From Dokdonella sp. (GTDB lineage: Bacteria > Pseudomonadota > Gammaproteobacteria > Xanthomonadales > Rhodanobacteraceae): DNA of 64,000 nt. The notes beneath the pieces are model-generated. The model was not told where the DNA came from. It searched no databases and was given only the letters and a program-made list of their open reading frames with translations. Each line of letters starts with the position of its first letter. Position 1 is the stretch's first letter. This document shows positions 36,202 to 46,993 of this stretch, piece after piece. Both the position numbers and the translations under genes were made by a program. The stretch spans positions 5,477 through 69,476 of the forward strand of contig JBDTYM010000005.1 of the NCBI GenBank assembly GCA_040005635.1, in the 5' to 3' direction.

Positions 36202-39141
36202 TCACTGGCAGACGTCGACCTTGAAGTTGTCGATCACGAATCCGTTCGGAGCCGTGGCGGCCGAATTGCCGTCGGAAACCATGCGGAAGCGCAACTGCAG
36301 GTTCTGACCCGCGAACGTGTTCATGTCGACCACTGAATGGGTCGGAACCGAGCTCCCTGCCGGCCCCGGATAGCACCAGCCCATCTTGGTGCCGAGCACG
36401 GTGTCGTTCGAGCCGGCACCGTTGTAGGGATCGGTGAGCATGTGCGTGGCATCGAGATACGCGAAGGTCGTACCGTTGTTGCTGGCCTCCAATACCGATG
36501 CATCCCAGCACGCGCCCGGCCCGTTCTGTTCCGACTTGTGATAGCCGTCGTAGGACGCAAACACCGCGGCCGCGCCAACCGGAATCGCAATCACCGGCGT
36601 GGTCAAGGTGCGGTCACTCGACACCGTGTTGTCCGGTACCTTCCACACCGTCGTGCTCATGCCGGTGCCGCCAGGCGCCGTGCCCTGGGTCCAGCCGGTG
36701 CTGCCGCTGCCTGCGGCAACCCAGCCGTTGACTCCGCTCTGGAAGTCGTCCTGATAGACCGTCGTGGACGTGGTGCCTGCCGGGCAGACGCCTGGCACGC
36801 CGGTCGTGAACGAGAATGTCGCCGAGACCGGGCCATCGCCGCAGAGGTTGTGCGGGGTCACGCGCCAGTAGTACTGGGTCGAACCGTCGAGCAGCGAATC
36901 GACCTGCCACGACGTGGTGGCCACCGTCGTCGTCGCGACGATGTTCGTGAACGCGGAGTCAGTGGCGACATCCACGGTGTAGGTCAATGCATCGCCCGCG
37001 CTCAGCGGGAAGGCGACACCGTCGAAGCCGTCGCCGAAGATGCGATCGCTGGCCGCCGCGTTCCAGGTCAGCAGCGGGTACACATTGGTGCCGCTCGCCG
37101 TGTCGACCGGCGCGGTCAGCTGCGGTGCGCCCGGTGCGCTCGAAGAAATATCGAACTGAAGGGCGACGCTTCGCGTCAGGCTGCCGTTGGTGCCGTCGAC
37201 CTGGATCGTGTACGAACCCGAAGCTGCTGCGGCGCCGCCGACCAAGGTCAGCGTGCTGCTGCCCGGTGCGGTGACAGGGTTGGTCGAGAACTGCGCGGTC
37301 GCGCCGGCCGGCAGACCCGAAGCTGCCAGCGCGACATCACCGGTGAAGCCGTTCAGTACGCCGACGCGCAGCCCATAGCTGGGGTCGCCGGTGCTGGTGG
37401 CGCCGCACATTTCCACGCGTGACGTCGTTGCGGGAACGACGGCGTAGTTGGGATCGCCGCAACCGTCGAACTTGAACGTGCACACGCGCGTATGCCAACT
37501 GCTGCTCGCGGTCGTCGGGTAGTACTCGTCAGTGAAATAGAACGTGCACTGGTCGACCGGATCCACACTCATCGACGAGTAGTCGCCCCAGCGGTTCGAA
37601 CTGCTCGTCTGCGAGCCGTTCGCGATACCCTCGGTGCAATTCGTTTCATCGCGCAGCGTGCCCGGCGCGTCCTCGAGCGTTCGACCCGTTATCTCGATCT
37701 GCGGATGCAGGTCACTGCTCGACTTGGAGAAGCCGAGCCCGATATTGCCGCTGGCGTCGATCCCGATGCCGCCCATCCAGCGGTTCTCCGCGTCGGGCGC
37801 GTAGGTGCTCTCTTCAACGAGGGTCTTGTCGAGCGCCGTGGGTTGCGGCGGATTCGCGCCATGATCGTCGAGGTTGAACAGCACCCAGTTGATCGCCGAC
37901 TGACCCTGATCGGCCATCACCGCGTGATTGACGACCAACGAGATGTTCGTCGGCGCGCCCGGCGGGAAGGCGCGTGCGTTGGCGCGGTACATGATGTGCG
38001 TGCCGAACGAATCCAGTCCGTTCGCCGAACCCTGCTGCGGCACCTCGCCGCCGTAAGGCGCGAACGGCGTGCCGGCAATATGGGTCGGCGTGGCGGAGAT
38101 CGTGCTGTTCGCCGGCGTCGCCCAGTCCAGGCACAGATCCCAGAACAGATAGCCGTCGAAGTTGGTGTCGTCGTAGTGCACGAACGACGGGCAGGCATTG
38201 GCCGGTGCATTCAATGTACCGACGAGGTTGACCGGCTCGACGCCGTACGCGTTGAAACCGGGATAGTGCAGCATGGCCGCGGAAGAGTCGCCGACGAGCA
38301 TCTTGTCACGCTCCATCGCGACGTAGGCGGCGCCCACGAACGAGTTGCTGGAGTTGAACTCATGCGTCGTGAGCAGGTACGCGTCCTGGCTGCCGGATTC
38401 GTCCGTCCACACCGCCAGCTTCGGATAGTCGCCGAAGTTCGTCCAATTGAACTCGTAGCGGTTGTACGTACCGAGCGGATCGGACGTGGTCGAGACAGCC
38501 ACGCATTGCGCAAACGGTGACTGGGTAACGAACTGGCTCATGACCCAGCGCTGGGCTCGCGGATCCCACAGTGCGATCGGATCGCCCGCGTTGGTCGTTT
38601 CGCACAAGCCGCCGAAGCCGACCCAGAACGAATTTCCCTGCGTCGGCGACGGTGTCGCCGGGTCAGGCGCGCCGGTGGTCTTGTCGAAGACCTGCCAGGC
38701 GGAGTTCACCCATTGGATGTAGTGCTGGTCGCTGACGTCGCCATTGGTGTCCGGCGGCAGGCATCCGCAGCCGGAAGTCGCCGAGCTGATCGTTTCGAAG
38801 GTCAGCTCGATCGGCGGTGCGGGGATGCCGCTCGGCGAACGCTGGATGCCGCGCAACGACGGTTTATTCGGAGCGCCCGTGAGCTTCAGCAGGATGTTAG
38901 GGATCGCATAGGGCTCCTCTTCGGTGCCCAGCGGCTGCGCTGGCGGCATGTTGCGAATGATGTCGCGGATCGGCGCCGACACATCGAACCGCGCCGCATG
39001 AATCACGGTGGGCGTCGTGTCGCGCGAAGCGATCGGTTGAGTGGACGTGGTCGGGTTGGTACCCGCCGAGTAAGCCGACGCAGCGAGCGTCAATGACAAG
39101 GCCGCGCCGAGCGCGACCGACACGGAACGTGATGAAGCCAT
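36202..39141 (-). CDS. Large secreted protein (PPD..GD/DYP/RWGDY propeller-like domain, Ig-like, FN3-like, C-terminal jelly-roll)
   Basis: Signal peptide from ATG 39141; PPDTNGDV, GDP, DYPK, RWGDYS; internal DRIFGDGFD. Confidence 0.85.
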   Translation of the reverse strand: MASSRSVSVALGAALSLTLAASAYSAGTNPTTSTQPIASRDTTPTVIHAARFDVSAPIRDIIRNMPPAQPLGTEEEPYAIPNILLKLTGAPNKPSLRGIQRSPSGIPAPPIELTFETISSATSGCGCLPPDTNGDVSDQHYIQWVNSAWQVFDKTTGAPDPATPSPTQGNSFWVGFGGLCETTNAGDPIALWDPRAQRWVMSQFVTQSPFAQCVAVSTTSDPLGTYNRYEFNWTNFGDYPKLAVWTDESGSQDAYLLTTHEFNSSNSFVGAAYVAMERDKMLVGDSSAAMLHYPGFNAYGVEPVNLVGTLNAPANACPSFVHYDDTNFDGYLFWDLCLDWATPANSTISATPTHIAGTPFAPYGGEVPQQGSANGLDSFGTHIMYRANARAFPPGAPTNISLVVNHAVMADQGQSAINWVLFNLDDHGANPPQPTALDKTLVEESTYAPDAENRWMGGIGIDASGNIGLGFSKSSSDLHPQIEITGRTLEDAPGTLRDETNCTEGIANGSQTSSSNRWGDYSSMSVDPVDQCTFYFTDEYYPTTASSSWHTRVCTFKFDGCGDPNYAVVPATTSRVEMCGATSTGDPSYGLRVGVLNGFTGDVALAASGLPAGATAQFSTNPVTAPGSSTLTLVGGAAAASGSYTIQVDGTNGSLTRSVALQFDISSSAPGAPQLTAPVDTASGTNVYPLLTWNAAASDRIFGDGFDGVAFPLSAGDALTYTVDVATDSAFTNIVATTTVATTSWQVDSLLDGSTQYYWRVTPHNLCGDGPVSATFSFTTGVPGVCPAGTTSTTVYQDDFQSGVNGWVAAGSGSTGWTQGTAPGGTGMSTTVWKVPDNTVSSDRTLTTPVIAIPVGAAAVFASYDGYHKSEQNGPGACWDASVLEASNNGTTFAYLDATHMLTDPYNGAGSNDTVLGTKMGWCYPGPAGSSVPTHSVVDMNTFAGQNLQLRFRMVSDGNSAATAPNGFVIDNFKVDVCQ

Positions 39142-39224
39142 GAACGAGAACCCCCAACGAGAACCGCGACGGCGAGTCGACGCTTCGATCAGCGGGGGCC
39201 GCCGCCCCGCGCTCGAAATCACGA

Positions 39225-40268
39225 TCAACCGGTTCCATCCTTCCGTGCCTTCGACCTGGCATCGAGCCGGTCGAGACGACGCAGATGATCGTTGAGGAAC
39301 TTGCGGGTGTTCTCCGGCAGTTTCGGATCGGCCAGCGCCTGCTGGATCACCGATCGCTCCAATACCGGCGATTGCCGCCGCAACATCAAGCTCGCGCGTT
39401 CGGCCAGTGGGGGACTCGGACTCCAGACCCAACGCTGCAAGGCGTCGGGTGAAACCTTCGTCGCCTGCTTGTCGAGCAGTTCGAGTGCGGTAAGAACCAA
39501 GCCATATGGGTCTACAGCCCCATCAGGATATCCGCCTACAGGCGTATTTGTCACTATGTCTATCGCAGCTGCCGGCCACCACTCGCCAAAATCACGCGGC
39601 CGCGTGGCCGCAGCGACCAGCAGGGTCGAGCGAACGGGCGGCGCATCGGCTGCGTTGCGGACGACCTTCTCGACGACGGCCTGACCGCCGTCCTCGCGTA
39701 GGCGCTCGCCGAATTCGGCTTCTTGCGCAAACTCGCCGGCCGCCAGGGTCTGCAGGGCGAGGTCGGGGCCGTTCAGCGCCTTCAGCAATTGATCGAACAA
39801 GCTGTGCGACTCGCGGCCACGCTCGCTGCGGCCGGACTTGAAGATCGCACGTGCTGTGGGTGTGTCGTGGAACAGCGCGGGATCGAGTCCGATGCTGGTC
39901 AGCAAGACGGCGCCATCCGGGTTGAGGGCGGCGCGCGCCGGATTTCGTGGGTCCGTGCGCAGGTTCGTGTAGCCGAAGATGTATCGCTCGCCGATCTTCG
40001 CGTCATGCAGGCTCGACATCGGCACGCGCACATCGATCTGCTCGGGCGGCCGTTCTTTGCCGCCGAGGACGTCCTTGCGCTGGAACACCAGCCGTCCGCT
40101 CGGATTGATCTCGATCAAGGGGCCGGCGACCAGCATGTTGCCGGGCGCATACAGCAGTTCGAGAGGGGGTTCGACGTGCTCCGCGCAGACGGGGGCGCTC
40201 CAGGCGACGGCCGCGGCGACCAGGCAGCGAAGCGCCAGGGCAGGAGGAGCGAAGGCATTCGTCGGCAT
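39225..40268 (-). CDS. Hypothetical exported protein
   Basis: Signal-peptide-like N-terminus, coherent 347-aa ORF, helical C-terminal half. Confidence 0.7.
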   Translation of the reverse strand: MPTNAFAPPALALRCLVAAAVAWSAPVCAEHVEPPLELLYAPGNMLVAGPLIEINPSGRLVFQRKDVLGGKERPPEQIDVRVPMSSLHDAKIGERYIFGYTNLRTDPRNPARAALNPDGAVLLTSIGLDPALFHDTPTARAIFKSGRSERGRESHSLFDQLLKALNGPDLALQTLAAGEFAQEAEFGERLREDGGQAVVEKVVRNAADAPPVRSTLLVAAATRPRDFGEWWPAAAIDIVTNTPVGGYPDGAVDPYGLVLTALELLDKQATKVSPDALQRWVWSPSPPLAERASLMLRRQSPVLERSVIQQALADPKLPENTRKFLNDHLRRLDRLDARSKARKDGTG

Positions 40269-40387
40269 CGTTGACCCGGAGTCGGCAGAGAAGCGGAATG
40301 AACACGCGCCGACAAACGGATGCCGGCTAGGCCGCTAGGCTACTGGACTCCAGGCTGCGCCGGAAGGCGCGGCCGCGATCGGCCATG

Positions 40388-40416
40388 AAAAAGGCCGCAC
40401 TAGGCGGCCTTTCTTC
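40388..40416 (-). terminator. Rho-independent terminator after metK
   Basis: AAAAA-GGCCGC-ACTAG-GCGGCC-TTTCTT. Confidence 0.8.
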
Positions 40417-40442
40417 ACGCGTGCGGATATCGACTCCCGCGC

Positions 40443-41642
40443 TTACTTCAGGCCGGCCGCCTTGCGCAGCTCGGCGGCCTTGTCGGTCTTCTCCCACGAG
40501 AACGCGGTGAAGCTCTCGCCGTTGGCGAGTTTGACGTCGTACGGTGCGCGACCGAAATGGCCATAGGCCGCGGTCGGTTGGTACATCGGGTGCACCAGAT
40601 CGAGCATCTTGATGATGCCGTACGGACGCAAGTCGAAGTGCGCACGGATCAGCTTCTCGATCTTGTCGTCACCGATCTTGCCGGTGCCGAAGGTGGTCAC
40701 CGAGATCGAGGTCGGATGCGCCACGCCGATCGCGTAGGACACCTGGATCTCGCAGCGGTCGGCGAGGCCGGCCGCAATGATGTTCTTGGCGACATAGCGT
40801 GCGGCGTAAGCCGCCGAACGGTCGACCTTGGATGGATCCTTGCCCGAGAACGCGCCGCCGCCATGACGGGCCCAGCCACCATACGTGTCGACGATGATCT
40901 TGCGTCCGGTCAGGCCGCAGTCGCCGACCGGTCCACCGATCACGAACTTGCCGGTCGGATTGATATGGAACTTGGTGCCCTTGTGCAGCCACTTGGTCGG
41001 CAGCACCGGCTTGACGATGTACTCGCGCACGCCCTCGATCAGGTCCTTCTGCTTGACCGACGGATCGTGCTGGGTCGACAGGACGACCGCATCGATCGCG
41101 ACCGCCTTGTTGTTCTCATAGCGCAAGGTGACCTGCGACTTCGCGTCCGGGCGCAGCCACGGCAGCGGCGAGTTCTTCTTCTTGCGGATCTTGGCCTGCT
41201 GTTCGACGAGGCGATGCGACAGATGAATCGCGGCCGGCATGTAGCTGTCGGTCTCGTTCGTCGCGTAGCCGAACATCAGGCCCTGGTCGCCGGCGCCCTG
41301 CTCCTCGGGGTTCTTGCGATCCACGCCCTGGTTGATGTCGGGCGACTGCTTGCCGATCAGGTTGATCACGCCACAGGTGGCGCCGTCGAAACCGACTTCG
41401 CTGGAGTCGTAGCCGATGTCGAGAATGACCTTGCGCGTCAGCGCCTCGAGGTCGATCCAGGCGCTCGTCGTGATCTCGCCGGCGACGATCGCGACGCCGG
41501 TCTTGACCAGGGTTTCACAGGCGACGCGCGCGCGCTTGTCCTGCGCGAGGATCGCGTCGAGGACGGCGTCGGAAATCTGGTCGGCGACCTTGTCCGGATG
41601 GCCTTCGGAAACCGATTCGGAAGTGAACAGGGTGCTGCTCAT
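40443..41642 (-). CDS. metK: Methionine adenosyltransferase
   Basis: [28 protein letters not shown]. Confidence 0.98.
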   Translation of the reverse strand: MSSTLFTSESVSEGHPDKVADQISDAVLDAILAQDKRARVACETLVKTGVAIVAGEITTSAWIDLEALTRKVILDIGYDSSEVGFDGATCGVINLIGKQSPDINQGVDRKNPEEQGAGDQGLMFGYATNETDSYMPAAIHLSHRLVEQQAKIRKKKNSPLPWLRPDAKSQVTLRYENNKAVAIDAVVLSTQHDPSVKQKDLIEGVREYIVKPVLPTKWLHKGTKFHINPTGKFVIGGPVGDCGLTGRKIIVDTYGGWARHGGGAFSGKDPSKVDRSAAYAARYVAKNIIAAGLADRCEIQVSYAIGVAHPTSISVTTFGTGKIGDDKIEKLIRAHFDLRPYGIIKMLDLVHPMYQPTAAYGHFGRAPYDVKLANGESFTAFSWEKTDKAAELRKAAGLK

Positions 41643-41856
41643 CGCGGCATATATCCTTCAATACGGATGGATGGATGAAAGGCGGCGCATCATACACGAG
41701 TCGAATGACGAGTTCTGTTGCTTTTCTTTACGAGACAATAACTCGGTCAGCAGCGATGCAGCCTAGTATCGGAGATCGCTCCTTGACGTCGCGAGATCAC
41801 GTTGCGGCTGAGCGATGCAACCGCCTTCATCCTTGGGTTCTTGGGGAAAACTATCT

Positions 41857-44532
41857 ATGTCCAATTTGATACGCGCCGGCGTGCTGGCCGGCTCTCTATT
41901 GTGTGCCATGTATGTGGCCGATGCGTTCGCGCTCGGAGTGCAGCCGGAAAGCAGTTCGGCGTTGATGCGCGGCGTACAGCCGACCGCCGTCAGCGTCGAT
42001 CGATCGGACGGGCGATATAAAATCGACGGCATCGCCATCACGCTCGGTACGCCGGCGTTCACCGCGCGGGTCGCAGCGCCGGAAGCGATGGCGCGCGAAT
42101 TTCTCGCGGCACGACATGCCCAGCTCGGCCTGAGCGCGCCGGAATCGGCGGCGCTGGTACGTACCACGCAACGCCAGGGCCGGCATTTCTCCGTCGTGCG
42201 CTTCGAGCAGCATCAGCAGGGGCTGCCGGTCTATGGCAGCGATATCGCCATCAGCGTGACGCCGAACGGACGCGTCGTGTACGTGGCGAACTCCGCAGTC
42301 GGCGGTGTTGCCACGGTCGACGCATCGGCGGACAAGACGGCGATCGATGCAACGGCGATTGCGAAACAGTATCTCGGCGTTGCCGGCTTCAGCCTGCAGT
42401 CGGCGCAACGCATGGTGTATGTCGGCACGGATGCAAGCCATCTGGTTTGGCGCGTGACGGCGGTTGCGCAGCAAGGACTGCGCGGCGAGTGGGAACTGCT
42501 GGTCGACGCGCATTCCGGTGAGGTCCTGCGCGCGCAAGACATCGCCGCTTACGAAAGCGGCACCGGCACCATTCATACGCCCGATCCGCTGTCCTACGAG
42601 CGTGTCGCTTATGGCACGGCCGGCTACGTCGATGGCAACAATGCCGACACGCCGCAACTCACGGCGGCCCTGGTGCCGGTCACGCTGGACGACATTACCT
42701 TCACGGGCGGCAACTACAGCCTGTCGGGGCCGTACGCGGTCTGCGAGGACTGGGACACGCCGCACGACGCCGGCTGTCCGGTACAGCCCGGCACTGATTT
42801 CTCTGTCACGCGCGGCGATCTCACGTTCGATGCCGTGATGGGCTACTGGCATATCAGTGCCTACCTCAAGTACGTGAATGAAACGCTCGGCGTGCCGGCG
42901 ATGCCGATTCACCATAGCGGTGGTGTGCACTACGACCCGCACGGCTTTCAGGGCGACGACAACTCGCAGTTCGTATCGAGCTCGGAAAAACTCACCTTCG
43001 GTGAGGGCGGCGTCGATGATGCGCAGGACTCGGATGTGCTGATCCACGAACTGGGTCATGCAATCCACTACTTCGTTACCGGCGGCCACCTGTCGCAGGT
43101 CGAGGGCCTTTCCGAAGGCGTCGGCGACTACAACGGCGCTGCCTGGAGCCGCGATTTCCCGAATCAGTGGACGCCGGCTGACACCGCGTACTACTGGATC
43201 TACAGCTGGGACGGCCACAATCCGTTCTGGCCGGGTCGCGTGCTGAACTACGAGCTGAATCATACCTACGCGCAGATCCACAATCAGGAAATCCACACGG
43301 CCGGCCAGTACTGGTCGTCGTGCAACCTACTGGCGCGGGATGTGGTCGGCGGCGCGATCTTCGACAAGGCCTACTTTGAAGGTCTTTCGATGACCGGCGG
43401 CAGCACGAACCAGAAAGACGCCGCGCAGGCGGTCATCACGGCCGCGGCGACGCTCGGCTATTCGCAGGCGCAGATCGATGCGATCGGTGAGGCGTACAAC
43501 TCCGGCAATGCAAGCGGCCATGCAGGCTGCAGCTACGCGGTGACGGTGCCGACGGCCAGTTCGGGTGCGACCGTTGCGGTAGACCAGACCAGTATCGACG
43601 CGACGGCTGCAACGGGCGCATCGACCGCTGCCGCGCTCGCGATCGGCAATACCGGCAGCGCGGATCTGACCTGGAACATCGACACCGCCGACGCCGCGAC
43701 GTGCGCGACGCCGGCCACCACGCCGTGGATCTCCTTCGCACCGTCCAGCGGTACTGTCGCAACCGGCGCGAATGACACGAGTGTCGCCATAACGCTGGAC
43801 GCGGCGAGCCTGGCGGCGGGTTCGTACAGCACGAATATCTGCGTGCACAGCAATGACACGACCACGCCGGTCGTCGCCGTGGCGGTCACCTTTACCGTCA
43901 CTGCAGATCCCAACGACACGATCTTCAAGGATGGCTTCGAAGCCGTTGCGGGCGGCGTCTGCGAACCAGCGCAGCTGCTGCAGGATCCGAGTTTCGAGGC
44001 GACCGAGAGCAGCGGTGGCGCGAATCCGTTCTGGGATTCGGTGACGACCCAAGGCGAGAGCGCGTTCTGGGGCGAGGATGGCGGCGCGCTGCACATCCGC
44101 ACCGGGCTGTTCGTGACCTGGCTCGGTGGTTACGACGCCGACACGCTGGATCCCGAGACGCATGACGCTTCACAGGCCGTCGTGATTCCGGTCGGTTCAT
44201 CGCGATACTTCAACTACTGGCGCTGGATCGATCGTCCCGGCAACGGCGTCAACACGGTGACCTTCACCGTCGATGGCGATGTCGTCGCCACCGAGGACGT
44301 GTCGGCGCTCGGCGTCGATGCGGACTGGGTGCAGCAGTCGATCGACATCAGCACATATGCGGATGGCGCATCGCATACGATCAAGTTCACCTACGACCAC
44401 AGCGGCGGCACGACCGACTGGGACTACTACCTCGATGACGCCACGATCGATTGCACGCAGTCGCCGACTTCGGTGGCGCACCCGGCGCAGACGATTTCCC
44501 ACGCGACCAGCGGTGGCAAACATCGCCACTGA
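41857..44532 (+). CDS. Secreted M4/M36-like zinc metalloprotease with FTP/PepSY propeptide, BACON-like and jelly-roll domains
   Basis: Signal peptide, VRFEQ..GLPV, VDAHSGEVL, HELGH...LSEG.GD; DTIFKDGFE linker. Confidence 0.88.
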   Translation: MSNLIRAGVLAGSLLCAMYVADAFALGVQPESSSALMRGVQPTAVSVDRSDGRYKIDGIAITLGTPAFTARVAAPEAMAREFLAARHAQLGLSAPESAALVRTTQRQGRHFSVVRFEQHQQGLPVYGSDIAISVTPNGRVVYVANSAVGGVATVDASADKTAIDATAIAKQYLGVAGFSLQSAQRMVYVGTDASHLVWRVTAVAQQGLRGEWELLVDAHSGEVLRAQDIAAYESGTGTIHTPDPLSYERVAYGTAGYVDGNNADTPQLTAALVPVTLDDITFTGGNYSLSGPYAVCEDWDTPHDAGCPVQPGTDFSVTRGDLTFDAVMGYWHISAYLKYVNETLGVPAMPIHHSGGVHYDPHGFQGDDNSQFVSSSEKLTFGEGGVDDAQDSDVLIHELGHAIHYFVTGGHLSQVEGLSEGVGDYNGAAWSRDFPNQWTPADTAYYWIYSWDGHNPFWPGRVLNYELNHTYAQIHNQEIHTAGQYWSSCNLLARDVVGGAIFDKAYFEGLSMTGGSTNQKDAAQAVITAAATLGYSQAQIDAIGEAYNSGNASGHAGCSYAVTVPTASSGATVAVDQTSIDATAATGASTAAALAIGNTGSADLTWNIDTADAATCATPATTPWISFAPSSGTVATGANDTSVAITLDAASLAAGSYSTNICVHSNDTTTPVVAVAVTFTVTADPNDTIFKDGFEAVAGGVCEPAQLLQDPSFEATESSGGANPFWDSVTTQGESAFWGEDGGALHIRTGLFVTWLGGYDADTLDPETHDASQAVVIPVGSSRYFNYWRWIDRPGNGVNTVTFTVDGDVVATEDVSALGVDADWVQQSIDISTYADGASHTIKFTYDHSGGTTDWDYYLDDATIDCTQSPTSVAHPAQTISHATSGGKHRH

Positions 44533-44562
44533 AGCTGCGAAGTAGCACGCAGGACTTTTTGT

Positions 44563-44592
44563 AAGCCTCCCTTCGGGGAGGCTTCTTTTTTT
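44563..44592 (+). terminator. Rho-independent terminator
   Basis: AAGCCTCCC-TTCG-GGGAGGCTT-CTTTTTTT. Confidence 0.9.
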
Positions 44593-44978
44593 CAGTCGGG
44601 CCAGCGGTTCAAGTGCGATCCGAACTGCTCGCGCTGCCGGCGCACGATGCAGAAGCGATGCCCGCTCGGCGCTTCCATCACCCACCAGCGTTCGTGCTTG
44701 AAGGCGATCCGTTTCGCGCCGAGTGCCTCGAGGCGTCTCGCTTCGGCTTCGAGATCGTCGGTCTCGATATCCAGATGCACGCGCGCCTCGTGCGCGACTT
44801 TCTGCAGCAGGATGATCGGTTCGTCCGCCGCGGTTTCCAGCTCGGCGTAGTTGCCGTCTCCGTCCTGGTCGACGCTGGCGATCGGCTTGCCGAGCGCGCG
44901 ACTCCAGAACTCCGCCGCAGGGGCGAGATCCTCGACGCGGCAGTCGATGACGAGGGCGCATAGGCGGCTGTGGTGCAT
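44592..44978 (-). CDS. VOC/glyoxalase-like protein
   Basis: VIDC, FWS.ALG, RVHLDIETDD, APSGHRFC. Confidence 0.85.
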   Translation of the reverse strand: MHHSRLCALVIDCRVEDLAPAAEFWSRALGKPIASVDQDGDGNYAELETAADEPIILLQKVAHEARVHLDIETDDLEAEARRLEALGAKRIAFKHERWWVMEAPSGHRFCIVRRQREQFGSHLNRWPD

Positions 44979-45126
44979 GGTGGCTTCCTGAATCGGAGCG
45001 AGAGCCGGCGCGCTGATCTGCGCCGGGTTGTTGCTAGCGTCGCGCTGCGCTTCGCACAGGTCGCGGTTGATCGTTGCCGTCGCCCAGGTGGCGGGTCCCG
45101 GCGTTCGCCGCAAACACGGCAGGTTG

Positions 45127-46575
45127 TTACTGCGCCAGCGAAAGGTCGTCGAGCATGGCCTTGAGGAATCGCGCCGCCTCGCCACCGGTCGCGGCGCGAT
45201 GGTCGAACGTCACCGACAACGGGATCACGCGGTGCGATTCGAAGCCGCCCATCACCGGCGTCATCTGGTGGCGTCCCTTGCCGGCAGCGACGATGGCGAC
45301 GCAGGGAGGCACCACGATCGGCGTCGCGTAGCGCCCGGCGAAGACGCCGAAATTCGACAGCGATATCGTGTAGCCCTTGAGTTCTTCCGGCGGGATCGAA
45401 CGCTGCTCGACCTGCGTGCGCAAGCGGTTCACCGCAGCGCGCACGCCGACCGCGTCGAGCACGTCGGCGTTGCGCAACGCCGGCACGAACAAGCCGTCCT
45501 CGGTATCGACCGCGATGCCGATGTCGACCTGCGGATGCAAGGTACGCGTGAGGTTTTCGCCGTCGAACCAGGCATTCAACGCGGGCGCGCTCTTGCACGC
45601 ATGCACCAGCGCGCGGATCAGGCGAACCGTGATGTCGTTGCCGGGCAGCCAGGCATGGATGTCCGCATCGTCAGCGAGCGTAGTCGGCACGACCTGCGCA
45701 TGCGCCGCGGCCATCACGCGCGCCATGTTGCGGCGTACGCCTTTGAGCTGTTCTGGTTGGCCCGTGGCGTTGACGGTCGGCGGCGTCGTGCGCATCGGCT
45801 TGCCGGCGGCGGACAGCGCGGTGCGCTCGGTGCCCGTGCGGCTCGCAGCAGTCGGTGCGGCAGCGCCGGTCGCGGCGAGCGTGTCGCGCGCTGGAGTCGC
45901 AGGGCCCGGCGTGGACGACGAGGCTCGTCCGGCCTGCGAAGGCGGCGAGGAGCCGCGTGCCGTGCCGGCCGTGGCCGCGTCCTTGACGTCCTTCAGGGTG
46001 ACCACGTTGTCGGCGCCGCTCGGCCGCACGCGTGTGAGATCGACGCCGAGTTTTTTCGCCAGCGCGCGTACCGCCGGTACCGCTTTTACGCCGCCGATGG
46101 CGGCGGCCTGTTCGGCATGCACGCGATCGCTGCTCTGCATCGCGCCGACCACGGTGCCTTCGTCGGCGCGGCCGGCGTTGTCGTTCGTGACGATTTCGCC
46201 GCCTTCCTCCGAGGCGACGACTCCGCGGCCGTCCCGCGCTTGCGTGCCGACACTTTTGCCCGTCGCCAACGGCTTCGCGGGCACGTGGTGATGACCGGTC
46301 GACTCGGCTTCCGAGCGTTGCGGTAGGGCGGGATCGAGTTCGAACTCGGCCAACACCGCGCCGGTAGCGATCACGTCGCCGGCGGCGCCATGCACCTTGC
46401 TCAATTTTCCCGAGTACGGCGAGGGCACTTCGACGACCGCCTTCGCGGTTTCCATCGATACCAGCGGCTCGTCGAGTCGGACGCTCGCGCCTTCGGCGAC
46501 CAGCCACTCGACGATCGTCGCATCCGGCAGGCCTTCGCCGAGGTCGGGTAGGTGGAATGCTTTGATGTCGGCCAT
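45127..46575 (-). CDS. 2-oxoacid dehydrogenase E2 dihydrolipoyl acyltransferase (probably branched-chain)
   Basis: LPDLGEG..ETAKA lipoyl domain, AVPAVR..A E3-binding, FDHR...G. Confidence 0.93.
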   Translation of the reverse strand: MADIKAFHLPDLGEGLPDATIVEWLVAEGASVRLDEPLVSMETAKAVVEVPSPYSGKLSKVHGAAGDVIATGAVLAEFELDPALPQRSEAESTGHHHVPAKPLATGKSVGTQARDGRGVVASEEGGEIVTNDNAGRADEGTVVGAMQSSDRVHAEQAAAIGGVKAVPAVRALAKKLGVDLTRVRPSGADNVVTLKDVKDAATAGTARGSSPPSQAGRASSSTPGPATPARDTLAATGAAAPTAASRTGTERTALSAAGKPMRTTPPTVNATGQPEQLKGVRRNMARVMAAAHAQVVPTTLADDADIHAWLPGNDITVRLIRALVHACKSAPALNAWFDGENLTRTLHPQVDIGIAVDTEDGLFVPALRNADVLDAVGVRAAVNRLRTQVEQRSIPPEELKGYTISLSNFGVFAGRYATPIVVPPCVAIVAAGKGRHQMTPVMGGFESHRVIPLSVTFDHRAATGGEAARFLKAMLDDLSLAQ

Positions 46576-46615
46576 GAAGAACTCGTCCTTGCGGGCGCCG
46601 ACGCGGCGACCCGGA

Positions 46616-46972
46616 TCAGTGGATATGCAACGCAATCAGCGCGACCAGCGCCGGTAGCGCCTGCACGAAGAAAATCTTGCGATTGACCGTCCATCCGCCG
46701 TACAAGCCGGCAACGATCACGCAGCAGAGGAAGAAGATTTCGACGTGCCAGCCTTCGCCGCCGAGGGCGAGGCCCCAGATCAGGCCCGCTGCGAGAAAAC
46801 CGTTGTACAGCCCCTGATTCGCTGCGAGCGTTTTCGATGCGACGGAGAATTCCGGCGTCATCCGGAACGTCTTGCGCCCATACGGCGTATCCCACAGAAA
46901 CATCTCGAGCACGAGGAAATACAGGTGCAGCAGCGCGACCAGGCCGATGAGGATATTGGTGATTGCGTGCAT
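46616..46972 (-). CDS. DUF1304 family membrane protein
   Basis: H.YFLVLEMFLW, AANQGLYNGFLA. Confidence 0.85.
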   Translation of the reverse strand: MHAITNILIGLVALLHLYFLVLEMFLWDTPYGRKTFRMTPEFSVASKTLAANQGLYNGFLAAGLIWGLALGGEGWHVEIFFLCCVIVAGLYGGWTVNRKIFFVQALPALVALIALHIH

Positions 46973-46993
46973 GTTGGTCTCTCGTTCGGGGCG

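Noticed and set aside
39142-39432. N-terminal extension of the 1076-aa ORF
   Set aside because: It overlaps the upstream gene; the signal peptide begins at ATG 39141.
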